The notes beneath the pieces were generated by a model. It did no database searches. It saw only the letters and a program-made list of their open reading frames with translations, and had not been told where the DNA came from. A DNA stretch of 62,570 nucleotides, counting the filler, from Aduncisulcus paluster (taxonomy: Eukaryota): NCBI GenBank assembly GCA_024181965.1. It is 12 parts of 12 records of this genome, joined end to end, with 100 filler letters (N's around TTAATTAATTAA, not from the genome) between each part and the next. Parts side by side here need not be neighbours in the genome. Positions count along the whole stretch, not along the records: positions 15,522 to 24,787 come from BQXS01012400.1; positions 24,888 to 38,985 come from BQXS01012401.1; 10 more parts are not named here. One strand, 5' to 3'. Shown here piece after piece: positions 23,930-35,397 of this stretch; the stretch's first letter is position 1; every line of letters starts with the position of its first letter. Position numbers and translations under genes: made by a program.

Positions 23930-24395
23930 TCCAATGGAAATAAGTCTAATGGCCCTAAAAATGCAATATACACTTTTTGATCTTAATAATTTGTTCGATA
24001 AGATCCTAGCTCTTTCTCCTTTGGGGACATATGCGAGGTGTCTCTGGATATCTCGCATGTCAGAACCAGTCTCATCGACAAAAACAAAGTTTTTTGTTCG
24101 TCGATTCACTTTTATCAGCCTGTCCATAGTTTTTTCAAAATTTTCTATTTTTTTCCCGACGGAACTTCCTAGCAATATGCGATATCTTCTTCTTTACGTA
24201 TCCCTTGGCGTTTAAAGCTCTGCATATTGTGCTTAGTGAGGTGTTTATTCCATAATTTTCCTTGATGAAGACCTGCATCTCATCAAGGAAGATTGTAGGG
24301 GTTTGATCAATTTCAGCGAGTAGCCTTGCTATTATTTCAGGTGTAAGAATTCCTTCTCGTTGCCGTGTTGTTTCTGTAAGCTTGCCTTCACCTTT
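23930..24395 (-). mobile_element. IS630/Tc1-mariner-like transposase fragment (HTH plus first catalytic Asp)
   Basis: PTIFLDEMQVFIKENYGINTSLSTICRAL (HTH), then after frameshifts FVFVDETG...AYVPKGERAR. The second D and the E are missing. Confidence 0.8.
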
Positions 24396-24399
24396 TTAT

Positions 24400-24787
24400 G
24401 TTCACATCCTATCTTCGAAACATTTTTTGAGCTTAGGATTCTGTTTTAGATATTTTTCGAACGCTTCCAGATCTTGAATGCTCCAATGTGGCTCCCACGC
24501 GTCCGCAGACGAAGGATAATCACGTCATCTCACCTTAAATTCTATTGGCTTCTTTCGTTCGTAGTGTGTCGCCAATAATTTCGGATACAATAAACTCTTT
24601 TTCATCCCATGCATCAATCCTGCTTGAGTTCAGACTCATTCGCGGATGTTTCACAGTCCGTAATCTTCTTGTAGGCATCGTAATTATTTCACCACCATTT
24701 ATGGGTATTAGTGTGTATTTTCCACCTTTCAGAACACTTTTTCTCAAATTTTAAACTCTTTATCAACAACCTTTTCTTTTTCTTTTG
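24400..24787 (-). mobile_element. Decayed integrase C-terminus plus chromodomain of a gypsy element
   Basis: EFIVSEIIG.../EFKVR*RDYPSSADAWEPHWSIQDLEAFEKYL. Homologous to the chromodomain at 53297-53500. Confidence 0.75.
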
Positions 24788-24887
24788 NNNNNNNNNNNNN
24801 NNNNNNNNNNNNNNNNNNNNNNNNNNNNNNNTTAATTAATTAANNNNNNNNNNNNNNNNNNNNNNNNNNNNNNNNNNNNNNNNNNNN

Positions 24888-25068
24888 ACGCATCTCCTCC
24901 AAAGAAGGTGACAAAGCTGTCTATATGACGAGGCTGAGGCTACTTCGGAGACGCATCGGACAAGCTGTGCTCATGAGAGCATTTGGATCGGCTGACAAGG
25001 CCATATCCAAACTTCTCGACAGAGCTGGCTTTACCAAGAGAGCCAGAGCTTCGATGGCGTTCCTCTAG
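24888..25068 (+). mobile_element. Probable 3' end of a non-LTR (RLE-type, CRE/R2-like) ORF
   Basis: Open frame RLRLLRRRIGQAVLMRAFGS...FL* resembles the RLE-element C-terminal helix. GC content is similar to the RT fragment at 28.4 kb. Confidence 0.3.
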
Positions 25069-26055
25069 TATGTCTAACCCTAGAATAGTTTCCTAAAACA
25101 ACACCTAAGGCTTCCCACACAGTTTTCTATCCCTCCAATGATATTCTTTCTATTTCAATAACATTTCCTCCACTAATACTTTCCTTCTCTATCATTAAAC
25201 AACCTCTATCAACTATTGAAATGGTTTAAGCTTTCCAACTCCAAGATATTGGTACTCGCCATCAGAATGGTTTAACCTCTACTCTATATGATTTGTTGCT
25301 GACTATATGTTTTTTGCCCATTATTTTCTTTTTGTCTTTATTTTTTCTTGTTTGGAGCATGTCTTGCTCAATAACCGGCTAAACCGGGATTTACCGAATA
25401 AAGTAAGTTTCTAGTTTGAAATTCTGTCGCACACGAGCTTTGCGAGGTTCATGCGTTCGTCGTTTGAAAGCACAATATTTGGAATAGTGTGATATAAAAT
25501 TTTGGATAGTATTGCAATTGTCCGTTGTTGACATCAAAGGATCGAAAAGTCGCCATTTGGATGGCATCATGACATATCCTTGGAGATACAATGGGATAAA
25601 ATAATACTTTTTTTTCGGAGATATTGCCAACATGGCTTTCTTTTTGAGAGCTTTCCATTTTCTTTCCATTTTCTTTCCATTTACATTCGATAGCTAAGTT
25701 AGCTAAGATCTGAAATAATAACATCTCAGATGCGTGACAGGCTGTCACGAACTTGCATGAGCTTTGAAAGTTGGGTTTAAGATTTTTCAATTTCAAATGT
25801 ATTCAAATATCGACACAGATTCATTGCTTCATTGCTTCATTTCTTGTATTGGTGAGACTATGATGCGTTAGAAGTCGTTATGTCATTGTTTAAGTTTATT
25901 CGACTTAATTCGTTAATTCCCCAGCCTGGCCAGCGTAGTTTATTCTTTGCATATTCTTTGGAATCTGTCTTCTTTAATATCGAGAATGACAACACCTTAA
26001 GAACGAATCAACCAATCAGTTTGATCTATTTTGACATAAATATTATATATATATA

Positions 26056-26712
26056 TATTGAAATTTTACACCATTTAGTTGGATCAAACCCTTGTTGATG
26101 ACTCACTGAATGTGGAAGGATAAGAAGAGAATTAGGAGATATCATTGGTATCATCTATGAAAATATATATTCTGCTTTACTTTTGAATGCCATTATTATC
26201 TCGGTTGGAGTGGATATTCTTGTTTTATGTTGTTTATTATGTTTATACTACGTCACCATGCACAGTTAGTTCCAATGATTCAATATTCAATGAAATTGCT
26301 GGTAATCATTTTTCTAAATGCTTGAATTAAGTGATATTGTGGTATAATACAACGATATTAATGCATTGTAGATCTCTATACTATTGAAATTTTACACCAT
26401 TTAGTTGGATCAAACCCTTGTTGATGACTCACTGAATGTGGAAGGATAAGAAGAGAATTAGGAGATATCATTGGTATCATCTATGAAAATATATATTCTG
26501 CTTTACTTTTGAATGCCATTATTATCTCGGTTGGAGTGGATATTCTTGTTTTATGTTGTTTATTATGTTTATACTACGTCACCATGCACAGTTAGTTCCA
26601 ATGATTCAATATTCAATGAAATTGCTGGTAATCATTTTTCTAAATGCTTGAATTAAGTGATATTGTGGTATAATACAACGATATTAATGCATTGTAGATC
26701 TCTATACTATTG
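26056..26712. repeat. Tandem duplication, 2 x 326 bp
   Basis: TATTGAAATTTTACACC at 26056 and 26382; the copies appear identical. Confidence 0.9.
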
Positions 26713-26869
26713 TAATTTGCAATTTTCTTTGATTATCCGAAATTTCCAGTTAAATAGTTAAATAAGCTCTATAATGATCTATCTGTCGATCTGTTGATCT
26801 GTCGATCTGTTGATCATTCTTTCAGACATTTACAAACATTTGAGAGTAAATATTAGAAATAATGATAAA

Positions 26870-27194
26870 CTATTGAAGTAAATTGAGGCATTTCTTGATC
26901 CTTCCAAAGAAAGATTTCTCCATTTCATCCCTTTTGGCTTTCTCAGCCTTCAACTCTTCGATTTCACGATCTAGCTTGAGATGAAGAAATGGGACAAACG
27001 GAATGGAATGAAATTGAAATAAATCCAAATAAATATATCAAAAACGACAAATAACAATATTATTAGCCGAAAGACAAAGAGAAACATACTTTATGGTTTG
27101 CATAACTCAAAACACCAATAACAGCAAGTCCACCAACGATAAATTTCCAGTTAAATGTTTTTGATTGTGAGAAAGACTCATATATTGAAGGCAT
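26870..27194 (-). CDS. Small (69 aa) single-pass membrane/coiled-coil protein with one intron; exons 27194-27090 and 26974-26870
   Basis: MPSIYESFSQSKTFNWKFIVGGLAVIGVLSYANHK | GTATGT...pyrimidine-rich...AAG | LDREIEELKAEKAKRDEMEKSFFGRIKKCLNLLQ*. Phase-0 intron of 115 nt. Not in the ORF track. Confidence 0.7.
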
Positions 27195-27426
27195 TGCTTC
27201 CCTCAAACATGGAGAAAAACGTGCTTTCTGAAATCTCTGTTTTGTTAGTCGGAAATTAAATGGTGTTATTGCGTCATTAATTGAAAATAACAGTGAATGG
27301 ATAAAAAAGAATAATCCAATTTATATAATATGGAAATCCAAAGAGATACAGAAATTTTGTTGTTGAAATTTTGAATTCTTGATTTTCTTGTCATTGGTGC
27401 AATCTGATCATCAATAAATCTGTAAT

Positions 27427-28245
27427 ATGCACTCGAGTATTACAGAGCATGATAAACAACCCCATTTTAAAAACAATTTGAGTGTCACAGGATTAGATAT
27501 GTCTTCGAATCCATATTCAACAAATTCGAGAGTCTCCGAGTGTATGACAACCGTTAATCCCATTCCGCCGCATTCATATGGTGGAAGTAATGGTGACCCT
27601 GTCATGGATGGCGGTGATGATGCAACATTATGTGCATATTCACGTTCAAGGCAACGAATGGAAGATCTATATAAATCTTTCATTCATATTCCTTCTCCTT
27701 CCATGGCATTAAAGTATTCCAAAACATCATTAAAACCTCATTCCCCTTCACGTTCCTCTTCACGTTCCCCTACTCCTCCTCTTTCTCCTCACAAATTAAC
27801 ACTATCCATGCCTTTTCCATCACCACCTCCAAGGACATTCGATGATTATTATAGAATATATTCACGGGAATACGATGGAATTCTCTCTGAGCATGGAGTT
27901 CAAACGACTTCAACAAGATCTTCTTTGAAGAAACTGGACGAACATCATGAACCATTGCCACGCAAATATAAATACAAATGTAAATATAAACGTAAACAAA
28001 CACACGATCGAATGAAAAATATAATTGCTGCTTCAAGAGCTATGAGGGAAAGATCTCATAAGGATTCAGAAATACCAACCTCTTCTTCTTCCTCTTCTTC
28101 CACATACAAGACCAGGGAACAACCAAAGCGTGGATCGAAGGATGGATCGAAGGATGGATCTAAGGATGAGATGGAGATGGAGATGGAGATGGATTTAGTC
28201 GAACATGTAATAAATGCCAGATCGTTACAACCTTCATTGAAATAG
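27427..28245 (+). CDS. Hypothetical Ser/Pro-rich protein
   Basis: 272-aa ORF flanked by AT-rich intergenic DNA; no recognised domain. Confidence 0.6.
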   Translation: MHSSITEHDKQPHFKNNLSVTGLDMSSNPYSTNSRVSECMTTVNPIPPHSYGGSNGDPVMDGGDDATLCAYSRSRQRMEDLYKSFIHIPSPSMALKYSKTSLKPHSPSRSSSRSPTPPLSPHKLTLSMPFPSPPPRTFDDYYRIYSREYDGILSEHGVQTTSTRSSLKKLDEHHEPLPRKYKYKCKYKRKQTHDRMKNIIAASRAMRERSHKDSEIPTSSSSSSSTYKTREQPKRGSKDGSKDGSKDEMEMEMEMDLVEHVINARSLQPSLK

Positions 28246-28429
28246 TTCAGATCAAATAGATATTGTTATCATAATGTTATGATAATTAAATTAATTATCT
28301 AATTAATAATTATGGAACACAATGAGAAATCTTTGTTTGATGAACCGATCAATCAAAACTTTTGATCATATATTGAATCTATGAACCAAATTATTACTAT
28401 CTGATGATAGTATATAACTTTACTTCTAG

Positions 28430-28929
28430 TTTAGAAGTTCAGTCGAGAAGGAAAGGAAATGTTTCTTGCTCTTCATGACTTCTCAAATGCCTTCAACAGT
28501 GTGTCCGTTGAGGCAGTTCTGGCAGCTGTCAACCGACTCAAAGTCTCATCCACAATTAAAAATGCTTTGCTAACTTATCTGCAGAGCATTCAAATCGTTC
28601 ATGATGGTAAGGCCTTTGCCCTGTTGCGTGGTCTTTGCCAAGGTGATATTCTTTCCTCGTTACTCTTTGCCGTCACTATCCATCCTCTTGTTGAGAAGCT
28701 TCATGAGGATTGGGGTATGTTGAAGCTAACCATCAACGAGAGTGTGGAGGATTCCCCAATTATTGTGGAATTGCCACGCACGACATCTTATTTGGACGAC
28801 ATCTCTGTTATTGTGGACTCGAAAGACGATTATGAAAAGCTTCTCAGTTTTGTTGAAGTGAATGCCGCTCAGTATGGTCTCAAGCTTAATGCTGAGTCTA
28901 GAAGTTCTAGATTTCAAGAACATCACTGA
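28430..28929 (+). mobile_element. Non-LTR retrotransposon reverse transcriptase fragment (CRE/R2-like)
   Basis: LHDFSNAFNSV, RGLCQGDILSSLLF, SYLDDI, YGLKLN. Confidence 0.9.
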
Positions 28930-29055
28930 TGGCATGTTCTGCATTGCAGAATCTGCAATGATTGCAAATTGCAATTATAATTATTGAATTATTATTTATT
29001 ATATTATATTATAGGATATATATTAGATGGTATATATTAGATGTTATATAGCCCA

Positions 29056-30450
29056 TCACATGTAGGTTGAATCGTGAGATATTCCCAACCCCAGTGTGAT
29101 ATCATGTCCAATGGCATCTCCAAAGTCTTCTATCTCCTTATTGTGCTTGTGTCTCCTGATAAGCTTCCATATAATCCATATAAACAGTAATATAACTCCA
29201 GCTGTGAGTATTCCAAAGATGATGCCCCACCACCAAGAAAGAGGCGTAGATACATTATTATTTGGGGTATCATTACCACAAAGGGTATTCCACTCAGGTA
29301 TTGTAGGTTGTGCATCAACAAACTGTCTGTATAAATCCCAAGAATAAACTCCTTCCGCAATAAGTCCATGTTCACCATCACAATCGGTAGGAGCTGTCCT
29401 ATTGACGACATTATAGCTCAAAGAACAGTTATCAAGAGCAAACTTCTCAATAGTAGAGCAACGGACAGGGGAATCATCAAGAGTGAGAGACACAAGGTAC
29501 TGCTTTGACTGGTCACTGCCATCTTCATAGGCTGTGCTTTCCGTCGTCCGTTCAATTAATTCTATCTTGAATAGGGAAGCAAATGGGACAGGTTCGATAT
29601 CAGAAAAGCCAAGAGAACTCAAAGCACTATATATACTCCCACTGTGGGCGAAATAAAAGTGTATATTAGCGAAACCTTCATTGGTCGTTCCGTCAAGGTA
29701 ATCTGATATATTTTCGCTGATAATGATATTAATTGGGGAATATAATTGTGCTATTTGGTTATTTGCGGGGTATTTTTGGCTGAGAGTGAATTGTTTATCC
29801 GATACGATTCGTTCATACTCATCTTCAGTAAGTTTAAAGGCAGATAATGTCTCATCGTATCCAAATTGTGCAATATCACATTCCAAGGGGTCAAATAATG
29901 TGTCAATATTACTTAATTTTAAGGGAGAATCAAGATCATACCGACTGGTAAGAAGAGTAAAAAAATCAATTTCAGAGTCTTGTTTGCTTTTCCATTGTGG
30001 AGATACAGTCATTTCATTGGAAGAATAATCTTTGAGAGCCTGGCAGGAATGCGGAGCACGAAAATATGGGTCACGATCAGGATCTAGGGCAACTATTGGA
30101 GTAACAACTATTTGATTCGGTAATCCTGTCTCTTCTGATGGCGGATAAAATGATTGAAGGAAAGCTTGACCTGTCATAACGCCTCTTTCGTCACCTACGG
30201 CTTGCATATAAACTTCAGATATATCAAAATCATCAGAGACGAATTGGCCATGCCCATATATATCTTTATATTGAGATCCCAAAGTATATAAATGTTGTTG
30301 TCCAATATCTGTCAATGTTCCCTGGCTTCTGGGGGCAGAATCCCATTGATCAGCATATGGATCATTATTAAATGTATGAGTTGGTGATCGTTCACCATGT
30401 CTAAATATTAGGGTTGTGTGCAATACTTGATCTGAGTATTGTCTTTCCAT
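29056..30450 (-). CDS. Histidine acid phosphatase (lysosomal/prostatic type) with C-terminal TM helix; 5' end uncertain
   Basis: IFRHGERSP, GTLTDIGQQHLYTLG, ERGVMTGQAFLQSFYPP, PVPFAS; TM segment WWWGIIFGILTAGVILLFIWIIW. Confidence 0.9.
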   Translation of the reverse strand: MERQYSDQVLHTTLIFRHGERSPTHTFNNDPYADQWDSAPRSQGTLTDIGQQHLYTLGSQYKDIYGHGQFVSDDFDISEVYMQAVGDERGVMTGQAFLQSFYPPSEETGLPNQIVVTPIVALDPDRDPYFRAPHSCQALKDYSSNEMTVSPQWKSKQDSEIDFFTLLTSRYDLDSPLKLSNIDTLFDPLECDIAQFGYDETLSAFKLTEDEYERIVSDKQFTLSQKYPANNQIAQLYSPINIIISENISDYLDGTTNEGFANIHFYFAHSGSIYSALSSLGFSDIEPVPFASLFKIELIERTTESTAYEDGSDQSKQYLVSLTLDDSPVRCSTIEKFALDNCSLSYNVVNRTAPTDCDGEHGLIAEGVYSWDLYRQFVDAQPTIPEWNTLCGNDTPNNNVSTPLSWWWGIIFGILTAGVILLFIWIIWKLIRRHKHNKEIEDFGDAIGHDITLGLGISHDSTYM

Positions 30451-30635
30451 AAGCTAATTGTCGGGAAAAACGTGTTCCAGGATTATTCATAAATAATTAG
30501 AAATCTTCATAATTGGAATATTTTAAAACTTGAGATATTAATATCATTTTCGACTTAAAATAATATTTTACTGCCTATATTCGAACAGAAATCTAAAATC
30601 GTTGCTTTGGTCGGTTGTATTCCATATTGAATACT

Positions 30636-31990
30636 ATGGAGATTGAACCCGATGAACTTCAGAGACATATTCATATTTTATTTGAATCTTGTATGTTTTT
30701 TCACGCTTAACGATGAGTCGTAGTAGTATTGTTTGTTTCCTTGTCATACACTTATATTATATTCTTACATTTCATATAATAGCCAAAACAGAATGGGAAG
30801 GGACCTTTTTTGAATCATATGTTAAATCATATGTCGATGATGCCGATGAGAGTATGTATTTTTCATTTTCACAATGATGTTCTTTTATTTTTATCGATTT
30901 AAGGTGTAACAATTCATTTTATCCCAAATATTTGATATTATGCATTCAATAATCAACTCTAGCCAAAGCGGATTTCCCTCTACCAGAATCCATCCAAGCC
31001 AAATTACACACATATGTCAGTATCAAATTACGAATTGACGAATTAAATCGAGGATTGCGGGAAAAACATTCCCATAAACATATTAATGAGCTTAAACAGC
31101 GTCATATTATTCTATCTTTACAACAAATGGCCTATGATACCCTTAATAATTGTCTTGATGAACTGCGGATCTTAACATCCACAGCTGGTGCGATGGTTAT
31201 AGAAGACGAAATGAAAGAGGCATCTAAAGGTAAAAAAACTGCAATAGATCAATTTTCAGATGCCATTATCCCTCTATGTGTTGATGATAAGGGACCAGAT
31301 GATCTCCCGTTTGAAAGACGTATTTGTGAGGCCTTACAATCAACAAACATATACTCGTCTCTTGTAGGACGTCTCGTAGGTCCCTGTGCATCTGTATGCC
31401 AATGGACGCGCACTCCGTTCCATAAATATCTTGGAATGCGCCATTCACAAGGTGTTCATTTACGTCTAAGGGGTGAAGGAAGTGATTGTCTTGAACAACA
31501 ATTTAAACAAGTCACTGGTCTTGATGATAGTTCATCCACTGCCTCATTAGCCACTCCCGCTGGGCCCACATACTGTCTGTGTCAAGAACAGGGTGGAGGT
31601 TCTTGTATGATTCGTTGTGATAACCCTAAATGTGCATTTGGAGGTTGGTTTCACCCTCGATGTCTGTGTCTTCCTTCAAGATCTATCCAGGCTTACTGTG
31701 GAGAGGATGATAAATTCTTTTGCCCAGGTTGTTGGTATTATGTGCTCAAAAATGATCCGAGATCTTGGCCAGGCGGTCCATTAGCATCCGTAACCGATCC
31801 TATCACAGATGGAGAGCTTAGAGCTTGTGCTGTGGCCATGTGGAATAGAAAATACGCCGATTGGTACTGCCGAATCATTGTTGGAGGTTCTTCTGAACCT
31901 AGTTGTGAAATTTTCCCTTACAATCTGTCAATGAGGAAGAGACTAAGAAAGCAGGCAGGGACGAAAAAGATCGTAACTCATACAAAATAA
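30636..31990 (+). CDS. ING-type PHD-finger protein; exons 30636-30690, 30783-30851, 30963-31990
   Basis: Two GTATGT...AG introns preserve the frame. PHD: TYCLCQ...MIRCDNPKC..GWFHPRCL...FFCPGC. Confidence 0.85.
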
Positions 31991-32198
31991 AATATATTAT
32001 ATTATTGATCGTTTATCGATTTAATTGCTTATTTTGCCAAAATAATGCAGTGCATTTGGCCCGAAATATATCAATTATTCCATAAATAAAAACCATATTT
32101 AATTTAAATTGATGATATATTTTATTTCTCCATCTTGTAAATACAAATTATTGCTTAATTTTGATTCGGCTAAAAGAAATTGGTTTTGAACACTATAT

Positions 32199-35100
32199 AT
32201 GGGAGTAGACAGGACAATTCCCCTTAATTCTCATATATTAATGGCTAATAATGAAATATCTTTCAATGATAATTATGTTTGATCTGCCAAGTTTAATATA
32301 TTAACATTCTTGCCTATCGTTCTTTATGAGCAACTTAAGCAGTTCAATAATTTCTATTTTTTGGTTGTTACCTCTCACAGTTTGTTCCTATCTTTTCCGT
32401 TGGATATTTATTCACTTCAAGTGAATAAGAAAGTTTCTTAGTTCCTCTTCTTTTTGTGCTTGCTATTGCCTTATTTAAAGAAGGTTATGATGAGATTCAG
32501 CGTCATAAAAGGGATAATATATTTAATTCCGCCGAATATATTAAATTAGACTCAGAATCTCCTTCTGGATCTGTTGTTAAAGCAATGGACATTAAAGTTG
32601 GAGATATAATCGTTGTGAAGCCAAATCAGCGAGTTCCATGTGATTGTATTCTCTTAAAAACGAGTCAGCATACTGGTGCCACGTTTATTCGGACAGATCA
32701 GCTTGATGGAGAGAAACAGATTGGAAATTACGTCGTTCCATTGATTTTACTCAAAATTTACCCTCTATTTCGTCCCCTTCTCTCTCAAAAAGCTGAGATA
32801 TATGCCGAGGCTCCCCATAAAAAGATTTATGATTTCATTGGAAAAGCTACTTTCCACCATCCACCTTGAGTGTCCTCTTCTTCTTCCTCCTCTGCCATTT
32901 CGACAAGATCTCCGAGTCCCCAGATCACAATGCTTCCATCTGTTGCCGAAACAACGTTTGACAAGTAGTACAGTATAGAAGATCTATCTGGAGCTGAAGA
33001 GGATAGCTGTGGCATCAGTGTTTCTTACTCTTCTGGTGAGAAAAAAGAGAATTTACTGTTTGATATGGATAAATTAAGAGATACGATGACCACCAAACCT
33101 AGATCTCACTCCAAACAACCCGGAAGCAAGAAGAGGAGAAAGAAAAAGAGGAGAAAGAAGACTCATGCGCAAACAACTGCCATCTCAGCGTATGACCATG
33201 ACATTATCCATGGAATGCGATATTGTTCCCAATTTCTCCTCAAAAGATGCTCTATCTCTCAGTGATATGCTTGATCATAGTGGGTCTCGTATGTCTGGTG
33301 GTGGATCAACTGGTGAGAAGAAAGTTACCCTAATTCCCCTCAGTGGAGATTCAAGGAAGATAGGCGGCAATCCATCTTCCTCATCTTCCTCATCTTCCTC
33401 ATCTTCCTCATCTTCCTCATCTTCCTCTTCTTCCTCTTCTTCCTCTTCCTCTTCCTCTTCTTCAAATCCTTCCGAGGCTGCTAAGATAGTTGGTGGTGAT
33501 GATCTTTCACCCACAGCCACTAGTTTCAATCCCAACATCTCCACAACGATACAGAGACCACTGTTGAGAGCCTGTCGCTTGAAAATACTCTATGGATGAA
33601 TACTATTCTTGCTAGTGGAATAGCTGTATGTATGGTGATCTACACTGGAAATGAGACTCGTGCTGTTCTAAACACCACCAAACCAAGGATGAAACGTGGT
33701 AAGTTTGATGATGAGATTAATGATTTCAGTAAGTTACTCCTTGTTGTTATGTTCATTCTTTCATTCTTGGAAGTAGCTGGAAGTGGGTTTAAAAGTACAT
33801 GGTGGCTTGACTTCATTCGTTTTATCCTCCTTTTCTCTGCTATCATCCCTATCTCCCTTGCAGTTAACCTTGACATTAGTAAGATTGTATACCTAATATT
33901 CATCCAAACTGATAGGAAAATTCATCATACACTTGTGCGTTCATCACATTTCCCAGAACAATTGGGCCGTGTTCGTTTCTTGTTCTCTGATAAGACTGGA
34001 ACTCTTACTCAGAATGAAATGCTATTCAAGAAACTCCATGTAGGTGTCCAATGTGTGGGGAAGTGATGAATTGCGATTGATGATTCGAAGGAAAGTTAGA
34101 GAAGGTCTCCGTGAAGAGAAAGAGAAGAACACAAGACAACGTACTGGAAGAGGTAGAGGTGGACATGGAACTATGGTAGAAGAGGGTGAGAATGAATCTC
34201 AAGCATCCGTGAGTCATTCTCTAACCTCCACTGCTCTTCTGCATCACTCCACTCATGGTGGAACATCTCACAGTGGACGTGCAGGCCAGGTTTCTCTCTC
34301 TACTCTTCTGTTCCACTCCATTCGTGCTTGTGCTCTGTGTCATAATGTCACACCAGTGCAGAACAAGGGCTCTGATGATCTTGAAGAGGATGATTGGTCT
34401 CTTTGTAATGTTGTCAAGAATATCGTGACTGTAGATGAAGTTGGAGAGGATGGGAAACCAATGAAGAAGAAAGGAAAAGGGAAAGGAAAGGGAAATGATA
34501 TGGATGGACAACAATCATCTTCTCTTTTAAATGGAGATGATGCAGATGACGATGAAGATTCTTTGGAACCTGGTTGTTGTACTAAATGTATGAGAATAGG
34601 AGAAGTTGAAGATGATGAGGATATCAAAAGAAGAAAGGAAGAAGAGGAAGAAAGAGCAGAAGAATAGAAAGATGCAATCATCTGTTAGTTCCAAGGATGG
34701 TAAGTTTGAACATACCCATTCTACTACTCTTCTCGCTGCAATCGATGAAGGTGAAGAACATGATGTCAATGAAGATGAAGATGATTCTTCTGAAGATTCA
34801 GACGATGATATTCCTTCTGTGACATACCAAGCTTCGAGTCCCGATGAAGTGGCTCTTGTAAAGTTCAGTGAAAGTGTTGGATTGACTCTTAGTGAACGTG
34901 AACTCAACTGGATGAGGATTACAACACCATCTGGAGGATCTCTTGTGTATGATATCCTTGAGATATTCCCATTCTCTTCTGTAACTAAACGTATGGCCAT
35001 CGTAGTGCGAGCTCGTGATACTGGAAAGATCCTTATCATTGTCAAAGGTGCAGATAGTGTCATTCAATCAATGATTCGTAGCGAAGGGAGTGAATGGCTC

Positions 35101-35397
35101 AGTGAGAATGTAGACGGAATGGCACGTGATGGTCTTCGTACCCTTGTGTTTGCTGAGAAAGAGGTAGAGGAAGAAGAATGGTCTCCGTGGAAGGTTATGT
35201 ATGACGAAGCAAAGGCCAGTGTTGTTGATCGAAAAGAACGTGTTTTGCGAGTAGAGAATGAACTCCTTCAGAACATGACATTGTTATCCATTTCTGGTGT
35301 TGAAGATTTGTTGCAACAGAATGTCCGTACATCCCTTGAGAGTCTTCGTAAGGCAGGGATTAAAGTATGGATGCTCACAGGTGATAAGGTTGAGACT
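32199..35397 (+). pseudogene. NEO1: P4-ATPase phospholipid flippase, NEO1/ATP9 class; disrupted and 3' truncated
   Basis: FIRTDQLDGE, IIPISLAVNLD, FSDKTGTLTQNEM, YQASSPDEVALV, KGADSV, GLRTLV, VWMLTGDKVET. In-frame stops (~32280, 32867, 34665) and frameshifts are present. Similarity ends abruptly after DKVET. Confidence 0.85.
33372..33463. repeat. (TCTTCCTCA/T)n poly-Ser coding microsatellite
   Basis: Direct inspection; lies in a loop insertion of the flippase. Confidence 0.85.

Noticed and set aside
22133..24395. hAT or IS630 transposase as the carrier of Fanzor copy B
   Set aside because: The hAT fragment ends in its own TIR-like CAGGCTTG exactly where Fanzor similarity stops, so it looks like a later insertion. 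The IS630 fragment is separated by unrelated gag-like debris. The carrier remains unknown.
26056..26712. LTR pair or functional repeat
   Set aside because: Directly adjacent identical copies with no internal region, TG...CA ends or PPT; probably a local duplication or assembly artefact.
32199..35397. Stop-codon reassignment (e.g. TAA/TAG = Gln) explaining interrupted genes
   Set aside because: Interruptions include TGA and frameshifts, while intact genes end in TAA, TAG or TGA and have long stop-free frames under the standard code.
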